Shown: positions 22,922 to 24,236 of the stretch, in pieces | How positions within the stretch are numbered: the first letter of the stretch is position 1 | Layout: each line of letters opens with the position of its first letter | Origin: Sandaracinaceae bacterium | GTDB lineage: Bacteria; Myxococcota_A; Polyangia; Polyangiales; Sandaracinaceae | Assembly (NCBI GenBank): GCA_044220955.1 | Contig: JBGAQA010000095.1 | Span: 1 to 24,236, forward strand | Direction: 5' to 3' | Length of the DNA stretch: 24,236 nucleotides | Notes under the pieces: generated by a model | What the model saw: the letters and a program-made list of their open reading frames with translations, nothing else | Database searches by the model: none | What the model was told of the DNA's origin: nothing | Program-made: the position numbers and the translations under genes

Positions 22922-24226
22922 ATGCCGAGTCGCGGTGCTCCGGCGGACTTGTGGAAGCTCCTCAAGGGCGACAAGTGGCACCAGCTCATACCGATCCTCT
23001 GCGTCGCAGCGTGGGTGTCGTGCACAGGCGCGCCCAACCAAGACGGGGGCGTTGATCCGGGCGCAGACGTCGGTAACGACACCGGACTCGATACGCGCGC
23101 CACCGAGACCGGGCCGAGTGATGCCAGTGGGCTGGACCCGGGGTGGGTGTCGATCGCGGATGGTCTTCCGTCGTTCTGCAGGCTCGAGCGAGCGAATCAT
23201 CCCGAGCGGCTCGATCAGCTTCGCCTCCACATGACCCCTTGCGCGGCGCGTGACAACTGCATGATCTCGGATCCTTTTCCGGGTCTCGCGCCCAACTGGC
23301 TTGGCGTGGACGGCATGTTCGCCGTCGGCGGCACCGACGGTGGCGACGGCTGGACATGGGTGTTCGTGTCGCCCCTCGACGGCGGCCCACCGATCGCGGC
23401 CTACCGGGGCGGTCAGTCACGTGATCCGATCCTGTGCGCCCTTGGGTTCGGCGCGATCGGCGGCGGGCGCTTTGCGATGGCCACGTCCTACAGCCACGAC
23501 GGCGTCCGGGGCGCGAGCTTCTTCGTGTCCACCCTCGCGGACGCCGCGCACATCGAGCGGACGTTCTTCGACGATCACACCGACTTTGCGGGCTCGTTCG
23601 TCCAGGGCCTCTACGTCACCGAGAGCGCAGTGGTGATCTGGGACTCTGGCGGCTTTTTCGCGGACGTCTCCACGGGCGCGCTCGTCCCCGTCTACGATGC
23701 GAGTGGGCCGCCGAGCATCTCCGACGATGCGAGCGTGGTTGGGAACACGATCGTCTTCGGTGCCTACGCTTCGCCGCCCTACATCGCGATGGGCCAAGCG
23801 GGCGTGACAGGAGGAGCCGGCTACTACCATGCGGCGACGGGCATCGAGGTCCACCGGCCGCAGTTCGACGGCGTGGATATCGCCTGGATCGAGTATCCCG
23901 TGGGCGCGACGACGTTCCCTGCCGAGCTCTGGACGGGTCGCTTCGTCGCGGACGCGGCGGCGTTCGTTCCACGACACGTGCGCTCGATCGACGTCGTCGC
24001 CGATCCCAGCTTGGGCGCGGGGATGTGGGTGGTGGCGCGCGGAACGCTGACTGACCCACATCGCATCGAGCTCTACGACCTGGTGGACGGTCGCCGTCGA
24101 ACCTACACGACGCCCGACGACATCGCAGCGAGCCACGTCCTCTTCATCGCCAGCGATCGCGTCATCTACCCCCGCGCCTCACAGCTCATCCAGTTCGATC
24201 CGCGCCTCCTCCCGTACGACCCCTGA
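22922..24226 (+). CDS. Hypothetical secreted/lipoprotein, beta-rich
   Basis: Long ORF with a hydrophobic stretch ending in WVSC, a D/G/T-rich linker, then beta-strand-rich sequence. More A/T at third codon positions than upstream genes. Start uncertain. Confidence 0.75.
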   Translation: MPSRGAPADLWKLLKGDKWHQLIPILCVAAWVSCTGAPNQDGGVDPGADVGNDTGLDTRATETGPSDASGLDPGWVSIADGLPSFCRLERANHPERLDQLRLHMTPCAARDNCMISDPFPGLAPNWLGVDGMFAVGGTDGGDGWTWVFVSPLDGGPPIAAYRGGQSRDPILCALGFGAIGGGRFAMATSYSHDGVRGASFFVSTLADAAHIERTFFDDHTDFAGSFVQGLYVTESAVVIWDSGGFFADVSTGALVPVYDASGPPSISDDASVVGNTIVFGAYASPPYIAMGQAGVTGGAGYYHAATGIEVHRPQFDGVDIAWIEYPVGATTFPAELWTGRFVADAAAFVPRHVRSIDVVADPSLGAGMWVVARGTLTDPHRIELYDLVDGRRRTYTTPDDIAASHVLFIASDRVIYPRASQLIQFDPRLLPYDP

Positions 24227-24236
24227 GCATCGTTTG

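Overview
Very GC-rich bacterial DNA. The gene content (Hanks kinase, Uma2, CorE-like ECF sigma, DUF5916) suggests a myxobacterium (Polyangiales-like); this is an inference. Left to right: a truncated HTTM membrane protein ending in a (Ser-Glu)n microsatellite; a TerB-like/PPP Ser/Thr phosphatase fusion; Uma2; a metallophosphoesterase coupled to a membrane Ser/Thr kinase; argD broken by an apparent deletion and frameshift; a pseudo-receiver behind a sigma54-like promoter; an ABC operon whose two permeases carry extracellular gluzincin-like domains (one with HExxH, one degenerate); a PhoR-like kinase; a metal-homeostasis cluster; an AraC module with a duplicated promoter motif; and a DUF5916 outer-membrane protein. 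After a tRNA-Ser 3' fragment (att-like site) comes the start of a probable integrated element (GNAT, small ORF, lipoprotein). The most notable item is the metal cluster: a multicopper oxidase, an unannotated 55-aa metallothionein-like peptide with six CxC motifs (absent from the ORF track), and a CorE-like Cys-rich ECF sigma factor, with an ECF-type promoter just upstream of the peptide.
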